64,000 bases of DNA, filler included, from Basidiobolus ranarum (GCA_040143965.1; 42 parts of 42 records of this genome joined end to end with filler, not necessarily neighbours in it), one strand, 5' to 3'; shown: positions 50,343 through 64,000, counted from the whole stretch's first letter. Notes: generated by a model not told the origin, from the letters alone. A program made the numbers and translations.

Positions 50343-52189
50343 NNNNNNNNNNNNNNNNNNNNNNNNNNNNNNNNNNNNNNNNNNNNTTAATTAATTAANN
50401 NNNNNNNNNNNNNNNNNNNNNNNNNNNNNNNNNNNNNNNNNNCGAGGTTGTAAAAGATGGTATTCATCAGAGAAATAGTTGCAATGGCGTCGGGCCTTCG
50501 ATTCCACAGAAAGTGAGCTCGTGTAGCCCTCACGCATTAGGTGACTGAATGAATACAGATGACGGCATTTAACGAAGATAATCCAATAATGGTATTGGGG
50601 AATATAGGATTTAAAGAGGAGGCTTCTCGAGTACAAAAGGAACAGGAATGGAATAGTTCAAGGCAGCGGGAAAACAAAGATGCTTAGTTGGTAATCCCAC
50701 CACCAACTTGCCATTTTCCCATTTGCAACTGATCTTATAGCCTGGTCTTACAAAATAGATTAAAATTTATCTAAGTAATCAAGTTTTTGGCATTCAAAAA
50801 GGCTATTAGTACTTGAAATTGTCTAACATGAATTTCATGTAAGTCATTCAATTCGGTACTATGCTAAATGCCGGATATTCTCATGATGCTCGATGATCAA
50901 AGTCAAGAAAATTCCCAATTTCTTGCAGTACTCGGGAAAAGGGTTTCCACCAATATGCTGTGAACCCTTTAGTAATGCAATTTTCTACTATTTATCGTCC
51001 GGTTCGCTATGTTTGATTGAATTACAGGTTTAACATAACTTCTATATTCAACAACCATGTGAGACTATCAAATACCTTAATTCTGATTATTCCAAACATA
51101 TGTGCTTTTTGTTATGTCAGCATTGTATTCCGTACACTCGCAACGTACCTAAATAGCCTTCACTCAAGTTACTTGAGTTATGACCAGTACTATGTGTACA
51201 GCCACCGCCACTGCCAGACACTGCGGCACTGTATACTAGTGCTCTCTTTTGTGATTATCTTTTGTAAACAATTCCAACCTGACTAACTCATGTGACGATT
51301 GTCATCACCAACCATCATGAATTTGGCACAAAAGGGCGAAGACAATAAGTCTCTCAAAGATCTTTTACTGCGGCAACACAACCTTGGCACTCTTGAAAAT
51401 AGCTGCGTTCTATTGATTAGTAATAATTTGTCACTTTTTGTTACACCGATACATCTTCACTATGTGTTGCAATATTTTTCAACACTAGCCCATATTGTAA
51501 CTCTGTACTAGTCGCAAATTATCTGTAAGGCTAAGGCTTGAAAGCCTGGAGCCAGTTTCCTGCACTCCTGACACTATATACTTGGAATGCAATGTAATGT
51601 CGGTATCTTGCGCATAGCTAGAGATAACTCCATGACGCTGACCTGAACCCCATGCTAACACGATAACACTTCTATGCTCTCAATTAGGTTACCTCCTCGT
51701 AGCCCTTTGTTGATACTAAGATAATTTTTGGATACACCGCAACGCCCAAACACATTAAAGTTTTACAGTAATGCAAATGAAAGCTGTCACAAATGTTGCC
51801 GCCTTGAACAAATAATCGCTTCTTAACAAATAGTTGCCTCTTAATAATTGTTGCCCCTTTGAACANNNNNNNNNNNNNNNNNNNNNNNNNNNNNNNNNNN
51901 NNNNNNNNNTTAATTAATTAANNNNNNNNNNNNNNNNNNNNNNNNNNNNNNNNNNNNNNNNNNNNGGACTTGTTCTCTGTGATAGTGCCAGATTGTGCTG
52001 TATATATCATATTGGATAAAGTATTCTAAAATTTATGCGGCACAATTTGGCACTATCCATCACCCTCTGGCATGATTAGTTTCAATCACATTTACTCTAA
52101 TATATTGATCCAAGGTCCAATAAACCTTGGCACAATGGAACAAGTCCAATAGTGTGAAACTATTATATAAAATAGCCTGTGTACTGGAA

Positions 52190-52819
52190 TGGATCTTAAG
52201 CTCTCAGATATTACTAAATGTGAAAGCCATATTCAAGGGAAAACTACCAGAAAACCATCTCCAAAAGAAAGAGCTAGCAAAGCCAAAGATTTATTGGATC
52301 TTATTAAAACAACTTATGTGGCCCAATGCAGACTCTGACACCAAGTAGGCAACAATATTTACTCATCTTTATTGATGATAAATCTCACTTCACAGTTTTG
52401 TATCTTTGGTCAAGCAAAGAAGAAGTGTTTTAATATTTCAAGATGCATGAAGCAATGGTCACAACCATAACAGGAAGAAAAGTCAAATACCTATACAGTG
52501 ATAATGGAACTGAATTAAGCAATGAAGCAATGACTAGCTTTTGTCAAGAAAAGGGAATTCAGTAGCAATTTACTATTACATATAGTGTAGAACAAAGTGG
52601 AGTTGCAGAAAGGATGAATGGGACTCTAGTAGAGAAAACATGAACAATGCTAATTGATTCAGATCTGCCTCTGACCTATTGAGGTGAAGCTATTTTAACA
52701 GCTATGTATCTCCAAAATAAAAGTCCAACATGTAGCAACCATGACTCTAAAACTCCTATTGAAATCTGGACTGGAAACAAGCCTAATCCGAATCACCTCA
52801 GAATATTTGGATCAATAGT
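52190..52819 (+). mobile_element. Copia integrase core, decayed, truncated by a CCCTA element end
   Basis: FIDDKSHFT, SDNGTE, EQSGVAERMNGTL, HLRIFGS. Confidence 0.9.
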
Positions 52820-55800
52820 CCCTAACCAATATTTGAGGATTGTAAGCATAGGAAAACCATTACAATTTTAATCCATTTGGGATTGATTGATCAATTACCA
52901 TCATAAAATCATCAAGTTAAATTGGATTTTGATCAATTTTTTCAATTTCAGGAATGAAATTTCAAGATCTTGCAATATAGTTGCACATGATTGGCTACAA
53001 TCTCAGACAACTATGCATCAACAAATGTGCAAAAAACATAACTCAAATTTTACACATTTACCACTTGAATGCTAATTTGTCACCTTCAAATCCCTAGTCT
53101 CTTTGATATATTCTCGTAAATATTTTTATAGCATTCTTCATACCCAAGGTTTAGCTCATATCTAACACAACTTTGTATCAATATCTCCATCAAAGCCAAC
53201 CATTGTATTAACATTGCTGAGTCAACATTCTTCCAGCTATCTGGCAGATACCCTGCAATATTGTGCCACTCTGTATAAAGTTCTTCCCAGATATCTGCAT
53301 GGTCAACACCAGACTGAATATGAAGTTGAATGTTCTTCTTCTGAAGCCACTATCTGCATATTTGCACTGCATCTTTCCCTTCATACTTNNNNNNNNNNNN
53401 NNNNNNNNNNNNNNNNNNNNNNNNNNNNNNNNTTAATTAATTAANNNNNNNNNNNNNNNNNNNNNNNNNNNNNNNNNNNNNNNNNNNNCAAAATTTCAGA
53501 TGTTTAGCAATTTTTCTACCATTAGTTTGCTGGTAAAGCATATTGATGTTGTTGAGTCATATCTAATCAGTCAGGTATGTGAATATGTAGAGGCTAAACA
53601 TAACAAGATTCTTGTATTTTTTGATTCTCATTAAGGCTGGAATACAAAGCCTAAGATATCTAAATAAAGGCATGCATAATGATTTGAATTCCTACAGCAG
53701 TAAACCCAATAATTTGCCACTTGAAAATTATATTTTGCAAAAATTGCCAGATATTGAATAACACATGTCAAATTTGAGGACCAATATTTTGAAATATATC
53801 AATACCATCAAAATACAGTTAAGAAACTGCTATCACACCATTAAAATCCCTGGCAGAATGAAAATTGATTTTATTTTTGTTAGGGGTAGTATCACACTAC
53901 ACAGTGTGCTTTGCAGTGATTAGGCAGCCTTTTGCTTGTCCTTAAGTCTGGAGCCAATATCTACACTTTAAGATGTACTAGTTGTGGTTGGAGAGCTGTG
54001 AGTTTTAGTTGACGGTATTTTGGCCCATTGAGAGATGCCTTGCATTGGATAATCTTCCCACTTTTGCACTCTTCCAACTGGTGTACTTGCTTACTTAATA
54101 ACATCAAGCCTGTTTGCAAGAATATCTGCTGGTATATCTGAGTACAGAAATACAGATCTTTGTAATGATAGGAAGAATTTGGTAGCTGGGACAGTAGAGC
54201 CTGAAATCACTGGATTGTTGGCTTTGGCCATGTGTTTAGTAACTTCCTACTCCTTTAGTACATCTTTAGCTGCTTTTTTTTCTTTTCCAAGTCAATAATT
54301 GTGAACATTTTTTAGATGTTTCATGAAGAGGCCTATAATAGTGCAATTGCCATTTGCTTGCAAAGCCCAAGATAAGCCACATGCATTAATTGAACAATCT
54401 TCTGAGTAATGCCTGGTCTTTGGTTCTTCCATGATTGGCCCAAATCAAGGAGATTTTGGGACAGATTCCACACAGTTTTAGAACGTTGAACCATTCATCA
54501 TCAAAGCATGTGACAGCAGCTCTGATATTCCAAGTCTTTTAGTTTGCTGGTTTTCCTAAGAGGTTTCTACCTTCATGCTTCCTTGCCCAGCACATATTGT
54601 ACTCTGCTAGATTATCATATTAATGTTTTTACAAATGGTCTAGGATTGATTGATATCACATATGTGAATGGATGAAGGGAGAAATATGTTGCAGTAGCTG
54701 AAGTACAGCATACTGAGGGTTGTGCATCATTGTAGAGTGCCTCTCTTGTTGAAGTTTATTGTCTTTATCATATTTGTTATCTCTATCTTTATACACCTAC
54801 CTATTTCATATATCACATATAAGTTAGTTAACATTACTTAGTCAAATATCACTTAGCTGAAAATTGGAACATATATTATATATATATGTGAATAATGTGA
54901 GAATTAGCAATNNNNNNNNNNNNNNNNNNNNNNNNNNNNNNNNNNNNNNNNNNNNTTAATTAATTAANNNNNNNNNNNNNNNNNNNNNNNNNNNNNNNNN
55001 NNNNNNNNNNNACACCAGTTGGAAGAGTGCTAAATTTGGAAGGTTATCCAACACCTGGCATCTCTCAACAAGCCAAAACACCAGCAAATAAAACCAATTG
55101 CTCTCCAACCTCAACTGGTACTTTCCAAAATGTTGAAAGCCCCAAAGTTAAAGGCAAGCAGAAAGCAGCACAAACATTGCAAAGCACCCTCAGTAGTGTC
55201 ACACTACATGGATGTATGAAAATAGTAAAATACTTGAGGAGTATGTTTAAAAGTATGAAGGGAAAAACGCAGTTCTAGTATACAGAAGCTGGCTTCAGAA
55301 GAAGAACATTAAACTTGACATTCAGTCTGGTGTTGACCATGCAGATATCTGGGAAGAACTTGACACAGAGTGGCACAATATTGCAGGGTATCCACCAGAT
55401 AGCTGGAAAAATGTTTATTCAGCAACATTAATACAATGGTGTGCTTTGATGGAGATATTGATATAAACTTGTGTTGGATATGAGCTACACTTTGGGTATG
55501 AAGAACTTTATGAAAATATTCAGGAGATTATATCAAAGAAACTAGGAATTTCAAAGATGACAAATTAGCATTCAAGTGGTAGATGAGTAAAATTTGAGTT
55601 ATGTTTTTTGCACATGTATTGATCCATAGTTCACTGAGATTGTGGCCAATCATGTGTAACTATTTTGCAAGATCTTGAAATTTCACTCCTGAAACTGAAA
55701 AAATTGATTAAAGTCAAATCTAACTTGATGCTTTTATGACGGCAAGTAAATGGTCAATCCCAAATGGATCAAAATTGTGATGATTTTCCTATGATAACAA

Positions 55801-56079
55801 TCTTCAGATTTCTGTTAGGGTTTATTTATAACACATATATCAGAAACAGAAAGCAATGTATCTAAAGCCCCTATATTCTAAATTGAAATATCTCTATATC
55901 TATATGACAAGTATGTCTTATTACCCCCACTTATCTATTATATCTTACTACACAAACTCCTGAATATCTCAAACAATTGATTACTTTTTTACTATATAAG
56001 TCAGCAAATACTCTTGAGAATAAAGTAACTTAGACACACTATCATAAGTTGCTTCTTGTACCTAAAGTCTACACCCATT

Positions 56080-56433
56080 ATGGCAAAATCCTCCAACATG
56101 CTAGCAGCAAGTGAATTAGAGTTTTCTTCCCAAAAGGAGATTACTAATGTTCCAACATTCAATGGGGAAGATTTCCATGAATAGAAATTCTATATGCAAC
56201 TTGTGCTTGAAGGGAAACATGTCTGGGAAGTAGTTCAACCAGATGAAGAAGAAGAAACTTCTGAAGAAGAATGTACAGATTCTGACACTGAAACAAAGAA
56301 GCCAACATGTAAAGAAACCAGGGCAGCCTTCAAAGAAAAAGACAGATTGGCATTTAGGGAAATATATCTAAGACTGGGATCACAACAACTTATGCTAGTC
56401 AGAGATGCTGACTCTGCCAAGAATGCATGGGAA
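56080..56433 (+). mobile_element. Copia gag N-terminus
   Basis: PTFNGEDFHE*KFYMQLVLEGKHVWEVV...AKNAWE. Confidence 0.85.
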
Positions 56434-56533
56434 NNNNNNNNNNNNNNNNNNNNNNNNNNNNNNNNNNNNNNNNNNNNTTAATTAATTAANNNNNNNNNNN
56501 NNNNNNNNNNNNNNNNNNNNNNNNNNNNNNNNN

Positions 56534-57836
56534 AACCAAGATTATTGGCAATAGGTGGTACCCAGACACAAGGAGTTAATTTTGATGAAACCTTTGCTCC
56601 AGTAGGTACATGTAGCTCCATTCAACCAATCCTGGCCCTCTTAGCCATCCTTAACCTTGATTCATTTCAAATAGATGTTAAAACAGCCTTTGTGAATGGA
56701 AATCTAGAAGAAGTGTAATATATGGAGCAACCAGATGGATATGTTGACCCAAACACCCTGATATGGTCAATAAACTGCAAAAATCACTATATGGACTCAA
56801 GCCAGAACCCAGAGCATGGTGCAACAAGATTGATGCCTATTTGAAATCACTAGAATTACAAAAATGCACTGCAGATCACAGTATTTACATCTAAACAACC
56901 AGAAATAGGATTCTTATCTTGGTACTATATGTGGAAGACTTGAGCATAGCCAGAAATGATGTACAAGCACTTAATCAGAAGAAAAGCAGCTTATTAAACC
57001 AATACCAGAAGACTAATATGGGTGAACTAAGTTATTTTCTTGGAATCCAAATCAAGGGAGATAAACCTAACCATAAAATTGTGCTCAATATGTCTATACA
57101 TCCTGATATCCTAAAACACTTCAACATGAAGAATACCAAGCCTGTATCAATATCAATGGATCCCAATGTGAAATTAACCAAAATTTCATCTGATTTGGCT
57201 CAAATTGGCTCAAATCAAAGCCAGGAGTTCCCTGATTAACCCATGGTGGGTAGTTTAATGTAAACAATGATTGAAACATGTCCAGACATTGCTGTGGCAG
57301 TGGGAGCTGTCAGCCAATATCTCAAAAATCCTGGATCTGAGCAGAAAACTGCAGTAACGCAAATATTCAGATATTCAAGTGGAATTGTAGATCCAGTTCT
57401 GGAATGCTATGCCTCTCCAGATGCACCAAACTTTGAAGGCTACAGTAAAGCAGACTGGAGAAGAAACATTGATGACAGAAGATCAACAACTGGTTACACT
57501 TCTCACTAAGGTAATGGAGCCATAAATTGTAATAGTAAGATTCAACCAACCATGGCACTTTCCACTACAGAAGCAGAGTATATGACTGCTGCTACTACAA
57601 CACAAGAAGCTATGTGGTTAAGGAAGTTTTTTCAGACTGAGGATACATGCAAAATGTGCTCTTACTCCATATGAAGCGGATCAAAGCTGTATTTCATTAT
57701 CTAAAGACCCAATGTTTCATGCTAGAAAAAACATGTAGATATTAGGCATCATTTTGTTAGAGAAGCAATAGCGAATTACATAATTGAGCTTGTCTATTAC
57801 CCTACTGAAGAAATGATTGCTGACATCATAACAAAA
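56534..57836 (+). mobile_element. Copia RT-RNase H, decayed
   Basis: DVKTAFVNG, LYVEDL, ALSTTEAEY, MIADIITK. Confidence 0.92.
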
Positions 57837-60184
57837 CCCTAAGGTGCCTTTTGGTTTCGCGCTGATTAGGGTCCGTGAATTCGATTATGACTTTTTCCGG
57901 GGGACGCGCGCGGAACATGCTCGCCGAATTCTGCAAAATTACTGCATAGGTCANNNNNNNNNNNNNNNNNNNNNNNNNNNNNNNNNNNNNNNNNNNNTTA
58001 ATTAATTAANNNNNNNNNNNNNNNNNNNNNNNNNNNNNNNNNNNNNNNNNNNNTTGTAGAAAAACCGGCAAACTAAAAGACTCTGAATGTCAGAGCTGCC
58101 ATTACTTGCTCTGATAATGAGTGGTTTAACATTTTGGAAACTGCGCTTGATCTTGATCAAAATCACCTGGATTTGAGCCAATTGTGGATAAACTAAAAAC
58201 CAGGCGTTACTCTGCAAGTTCTTGACCTATTTCATGTGGCTCATCCCGGGTTTTTGCAAGCAAATGGCAATTGGGCTAGCATAGACCTATGCAAGAAACA
58301 TCTCAAAAATGTTCACAATTATTAAGTTGGGAAAGAAACAAACACAGCAAAAGAAGTACTGAAAAACAGGAGGTTTGTAAACTCAAGGGAAAAGCAAAGG
58401 AGCCAGTGAGCTTAGGCACTACTCTCCCGCTTACCAAATTCTTCACACCATTACAAAGATCTGCAATTCCAGGGTCAGATATTCCAGCAAAAAGCTTAAT
58501 TTCACCATTGAGCCAGGTACACCAGTTAGAAGAGTCTTCAGTTTGGAAGTTTATCCAACACCTGGCACCTCTCAGCTAGTCAAAATACCAGTAAATAAAA
58601 CTCCTAGCTCCTCAATCTCAACTGGTACTTTTCAAAGTGTTGAAGTTAGCCCCAAAGTTAAAGGTAAAAAAAAAGCCACACAAACACCACAAAGCACCCT
58701 CGGTAGTGTCACACTAAAAGAGTGATAATATATTAATACTTTCCATCATATTTGGACCTAAATCACCGGTGCTTATAGATAGCATCTTGGAGCCTCTGAT
58801 TGCCAAATTTGAATGATTATCTAATGGGGTTTGGATGATTGAATAATTTATTGAAGTTAATATCATTGTATGTATTGGCAGCACTCCTGCCATCAGTAAA
58901 GTTGGAGGTTTTCATTGGCACAATGCACTATCTTGCTGTAGATTTTATCAAACTAATAGAGTCTGCTCAATCAGACATACACATTACTACTTTGCAAATG
59001 CAAAACTGAACACCATGACTTTACCATCAAGAGCCCAGTCAGACTTCAACATGATCACTGATATTAATTCACCAAACAGTCAGTCTAACATCAAACTTTG
59101 AATTAGCCCTAAGCTTAAGATTATATTGTTAAAGGGGATTGGCTGGAGCTGGAGCTTGCCATTAGGCACTATGCACTTACTATTTAACAACTTTCCAATA
59201 CTACTGACTCAGCTATATAATGGAAAATACAATATGAATGAGCCATTTGAGATTGGATCAAAGTTTGAATCAATTTGGAAAAGGCTTGAAAGCATTAAGA
59301 TACCATCATATTTTACCAGGACTCCCATCAATATCCACTCTTCTAGCCATTTATTTAAATGAAAAAACTGGAAGGATTGGATTTGTATATATTCAAGTGA
59401 TATCTTATTAAGATTTCTACCTGATACTTATTAGCAACATTGGGAGGTTTTTGGGGATATTGTGATTATATTCNNNNNNNNNNNNNNNNNNNNNNNNNNN
59501 NNNNNNNNNNNNNNNNNTTAATTAATTAANNNNNNNNNNNNNNNNNNNNNNNNNNNNNNNNNNNNNNNNNNNNACTTGTGCTAGACGCCCCAAACTTTGC
59601 ACACATGTTCCTGGGACCTTCCTTAACACATTCTACACATTAGTTTGCTTACATCTTGACAAAACTATAAATGTCAACTTTCTACTCAATAAATCAACAA
59701 GTGAAAATCACCAATTCCTCTAATTCTCCAAGCCACTTCCAACAGGTTCCCAAATACTTTAACAGTAGCAACCTGTTTCCAGAGTCAGGTGGCCATATCT
59801 GATCCTCAAGCTTATTTCATCTGAGGGGTAATCTGATATACCAAATTTCTTCCCAGTACAATTGGATAGAAACCTCTATGATGTCGGAGTGCTCGGACCT
59901 GGCAGCTATCTACACAAGTAAGAGTAGAGCTCATTAATATATCAAATAGGTCTCTCCCTTGGAGTTAGTGAACTTCAACTCCATAAAGTTGTAATATAAC
60001 AAGTGTAGATGATTGTTGCTTTGGATCATGATATAAAGCTGCATAACCAAAGTAATCCAGATTCAAAATAAGTATTTATTTAGTTAAACTCAATCCTAAC
60101 AAATCATATAACATACCTATATGACTTTTTATTCTTTCCTGCTATCTCTTCCAACTGCTATTGTATAGTAGCTAAGCATAGTAC

Positions 60185-60511
60185 TGTTGAAATTAGCATT
60201 GCCTAAACACCTATATAGTCATATATAGCTTAATGTTTAGTTATTCTATATTTCACTAAGATATTACCCATTATTCTCATGAGGAATTTACCTAGAAGTT
60301 CTCAGATATATAGACTTTTCAAACTTGTACTAGTGGCCCCAAACTTCTCACACATGTTTCTGGGACCTTCCTCAACACATTTTACATGTTAATTTGCTTA
60401 CACTTTGACAAAAGTATAAATGTCACTTTCTACTCAATATATTGATAAATGAAAACCACCAATATCTCTAATTCTACAAATCACTTCCAACAGGCTCCAA
60501 ATACTTGAACT
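60185..60511 (+). mobile_element. Solo LTR B with perfect 5-bp TSD AGTAC
   Basis: AGTAC at 60180-60184 and at 60512-60516. Confidence 0.88.
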
Positions 60512-60554
60512 AGTACATCATGATGCAAATTTATTTATTTTCATAATTAAATTA

Positions 60555-60992
60555 TGGATCTGATCTAATCATAGCAGTTAAGTGGATTTTTGGATATTTG
60601 AAAGGTACTGTGGATCTGTGCTTAAAATACACATATTCTGGATCAAAATTTGATCTCATGGGATATTCAGATGCAAATTGGGGAAGAGATATTGAAGACA
60701 GGAGATCTACAACAAGATACTTATTTCTTTGCTGTAATGGAGCTATTTCTTGGAATTCAAAGAAGCAACCAACTGTAGCACTTTCAACAACAGAAGAAGA
60801 ATACATGGCTGCTTGTGAAGCAACAAAAGAAGCAATATGGTTAAGAAAACTCTTAACAGATTTAGGTTATTCTCAAAATTTACCAACTACAATATTTCAA
60901 GATAATCAAAGTTGTATCAAATTAGCTAAAAATCCCACGTTTCATAATAGAAGCAAACATATAGATATTAAGCATCACTTCATTAGAGAGAC
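60555..60992 (+). mobile_element. Copia RT/RNase H fragment
   Basis: GYSDANWG...SKKQPTVALSTTEEEY...DNQSCI...RSKHIDIKHHFIRE. Confidence 0.95.
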
Positions 60993-61939
60993 NNNNNNNN
61001 NNNNNNNNNNNNNNNNNNNNNNNNNNNNNNNNNNNNTTAATTAATTAANNNNNNNNNNNNNNNNNNNNNNNNNNNNNNNNNNNNNNNNNNNNGGAGCCTG
61101 TTGGAAGTGGTTTGGAGAATTAGAGGAATTGGAGGTTTTCACTTGTTGATTTATTGAGTAGAAAGTTGACATTTATAGTTTTGTCAAGATGTAAACAAAC
61201 TAACATGTAGAATATGGTAAGGAAGGTCCCAGGAACATGTGTGCAAAGTTTGGGGCTTCTAGCACAAGTTTGAAAAATCTATATATCTGAGAACTTCTAA
61301 GTTAGTAAAAATATTCTAAGTAAATTACAATTGAGAATAATTGATGATATCTTAGTGAGTTATAAGATAACTAATTACTAAGTTATATATGACTATATAG
61401 GTGTTTAGGCAATGCTAATTTCAACAAACATAACCTCTGAGTCATCTGCCTAGATGCAAGTCAATAAGAGTCACAAGATTCAAAACCAATGCCCTTTCAC
61501 TGTCAAGACTTCAGCTGATGCATGACTCACTTATCAATATATCTATGTATCCAATCACATTTTCTTTTATCAGAATTAGTTGTCTAATATCTTGGTGCAG
61601 ACTAATTCACTTTGTTATCAAAAAGTATACACAAAGCTAAGTCAATCTTTTGTTTAGTGTGTCATTTCTATCCAAGCCTAGTATCCACTAGCATCTACAG
61701 AACATCAAGCCTATCTTCCTAGCAAACCTATTCTCTACCATAACATAGCAACCCACTGCTACTTCCAAGACATATATTAGTTAGATCTGCTCTATTGATA
61801 TATCCTGCTTAAACAGTTCTAAGATTTTGCATTTAATTGTTTCTTTGGCTTAGTGGAGTTCAAGACTTTTTATCCACTTTTCTCTTCGACACAACACCTT
61901 GTTTGCTTTTCATATAACCATTATACTTGCCTAAGCTAT

Positions 61940-62399
61940 GATTTCCAGCTGCACAAAGAACTACTTCCTATTATGAAATTGATCCATTAGTCTTGCTACT
62001 ACAAACTCCCAAGTTAACTTGTCAGATCTTGCTTCAAAAGCTGTGACCAAGTTTGAGGACTGTTCTGGCAGACTTCTTAGAAGAGTCAAAATAACATCCT
62101 CTTCCTTTAAAGTTGCTCCAATATTTTCCAGTTATTTTGCCAAAGATCTCACATTGGCACCATGAGTAACCATGCTTTCAGACTTTTCAATCATTTATTG
62201 AAGAAATTTTGTCCAAGAAAGAGTCTATAAGCAAGACTATTTGCTTCACACAATCTTGCAAAACAATGTAAGCCTGAAAGGAAATTGTTGCAAATTCAAT
62301 ATTCACAAGTTGTGAATTCTTCTATCTTTGACAAATGATATTAAAGGCCATCTTGTCTCTTTTCTTGTAAGCTTGCAATAAAGAAGGGTCAGAAGCTAC
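61940..62399 (-). mobile_element. Copia family A gag remnant truncated by CCCTA end F
   Basis: Reverse complement aligns with ~38930-39340. Confidence 0.85.
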
Positions 62400-64000
62400 C
62401 CCTAACAAAAATAAAATCGATTTGATCCGGATCGGATCCACCCTCCAAAATAGCAAAACCGTCAGAGAACCGTCACAATATTGTTGGCTTGCATTCTGCC
62501 AGGGATTTTGNNNNNNNNNNNNNNNNNNNNNNNNNNNNNNNNNNNNNNNNNNNNTTAATTAATTAANNNNNNNNNNNNNNNNNNNNNNNNNNNNNNNNNN
62601 NNNNNNNNNNTGGTAAAAACAAAAGTTTAGTTGCAAATGATTTTTTCCAGACTCAATGAGTTGGTTTCAACTAAACCTTTGCTCCAGTAGCTATGTTTAG
62701 CTGCATTATATCAATCCTTGCCCTCTGAGCCATCCTTAACCCTGATTTACTTCAAATGGATATTAAAACAGCCTTTCTGAATGAAAATCCCAAAGTAGTT
62801 ATTGTAATGGAGCAACCAGATGAATAAGTTGACCCAAAACACCATGATGTATTCTGCAACTGCAACTATCCCCAAGCAAAAATAAAATCAATTTGATTGC
62901 AAAGCTGTCCAAGATCTGTTACAATATTGATGGCTTATATTCTGCCGGGGATTTTGATGGTAAGAAGGTAGCTTCTTGGTGGTACTTTGATGGTATTCAT
63001 ATATAGTAATATATTGATCCTCATATTTGGCATGCATTATTTAGTTTCCAATGATTTTTGCAAAAAAATATTTTCAAATTGCACAGTACTTGGTCTATTG
63101 CTGTAGAAATTCAAATCAATATGCATGCCTTTATTTAGATATGAGAGGTTTTGTATTAGAGCCACAAAGTGAATCTAAAAATACAGGAACCATGTTGTGT
63201 TCAGTCTCCACATGTGCACATACTTGATAAAAGTGATTAGGGGATTTAGAAGTGTTTTGAATACAATTTGGACTTGTGAATTAGATACTTAAGTTTTATT
63301 GAATTGAATATGGCCTATTTATAGTTTTATATGATATATCACCATTGGACATGTGTAGATAATTACAAGCATGCCTGTTAAGCATGGGTGAAAATTTGCA
63401 GTTATTTGGTGAAGATTTGAGGAAAAAGTAAAGAGTGATCAAAGTGAACTAATTGATATTTCTGTCAATTAGAGCATCACTGTAGCCTTCAAAATATTGT
63501 GCATCAGGAATACCATACTATACCAGAACCTGATGTACAGTCAAATGCCTCAATATTTGTTTTCTGCAGTTGTATGCTCAGATCCTGGATTTTTGATATA
63601 TTGACTCACAGTTGCCTTGGCCACAGCAATGTCTGGATGTGTTTCAACCCTTATATACATTAAACTGCCAATTGTGGATTAATCAGGATTAATTTAATGG
63701 AGCTACACATTGCTACTGGAGCAAATGCTTCATTAGACTGGTTCCATTGGACCAGGTCAGATTGTGCGGCTTGATCCAGCCTGCTAGTACACAATCTGGC
63801 ACAATCTGTCAATTACCATGGCTGGGTCCTATAACACTTGATCGGACACTATAAGGAACAATATAGCACTATCTCACCACAATTGGACACAATGATTTTT
63901 TTGGAGATATTGTGCCAGCCCATACCAAGTGACCCAATTTAGTATTACCCAATTACAATTTTGGGTAACTGACAAAGTAAATCATCCCTTAGTTTGTAAC

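Larger units (their letters stand above)
1436..62610. other. 41 artificial contig-joining spacers (N-run + TTAATTAATTAA + N-run, ~100 bp each) recurring every ~1.52-1.53 kb
   Basis: Identical linker with stops in all six frames at 1480, 3014, 4547 ... 62555; contig lengths shrink steadily; content is unrelated across spacers. Confidence 0.98.

Noticed and set aside
1436-62610. Regularly spaced identical palindromic TTAATTAATTAA resembling a CRISPR-like or programmed array
   Set aside because: Embedded in N-runs between size-sorted contigs; it is an assembly linker with six-frame stops

Overview
This window is not contiguous DNA. It is an artificial concatenation of 42 small, size-sorted contigs (~1435 bp falling to ~1418 bp) joined by 41 ~100-bp N-spacers carrying the six-frame-stop linker TTAATTAATTAA, so adjacency across spacers means nothing. 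The DNA is AT-rich and eukaryotic, most likely a repeat-inflated fungus: it has short GT-AG introns and fungal-type lipase, GH20 and MDH genes, and an early-diverging or insect-associated lineage is only a guess. Most contigs are decayed, nested, CpG-depleted transposons: several Ty1/Copia families (LTR types A, B, C, G; A-C have half-tRNA-iMet priming sites), a chromodomain-bearing Ty3/Gypsy family (LTR D) with a Tf1-like self-priming signature, and a CACTA/EnSpm-like DNA transposon with CCCTA termini and extra ORFs. CpG-retaining contigs carry host genes or fragments: a secreted class-3 lipase, mitochondrial SSB, tandem GH20 hexosaminidases, tandem malate dehydrogenases, a Cys-repeat Gly-rich secreted protein, a bHLH-like orphan and an acetoacetyl-CoA synthetase pseudogene. 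There is also a mitochondrial LAGLIDADG-derived insert and a tRNA-like gene apparently inside an LTR end. No complete novel system can be demonstrated from these fragments; the best leads are listed as findings.
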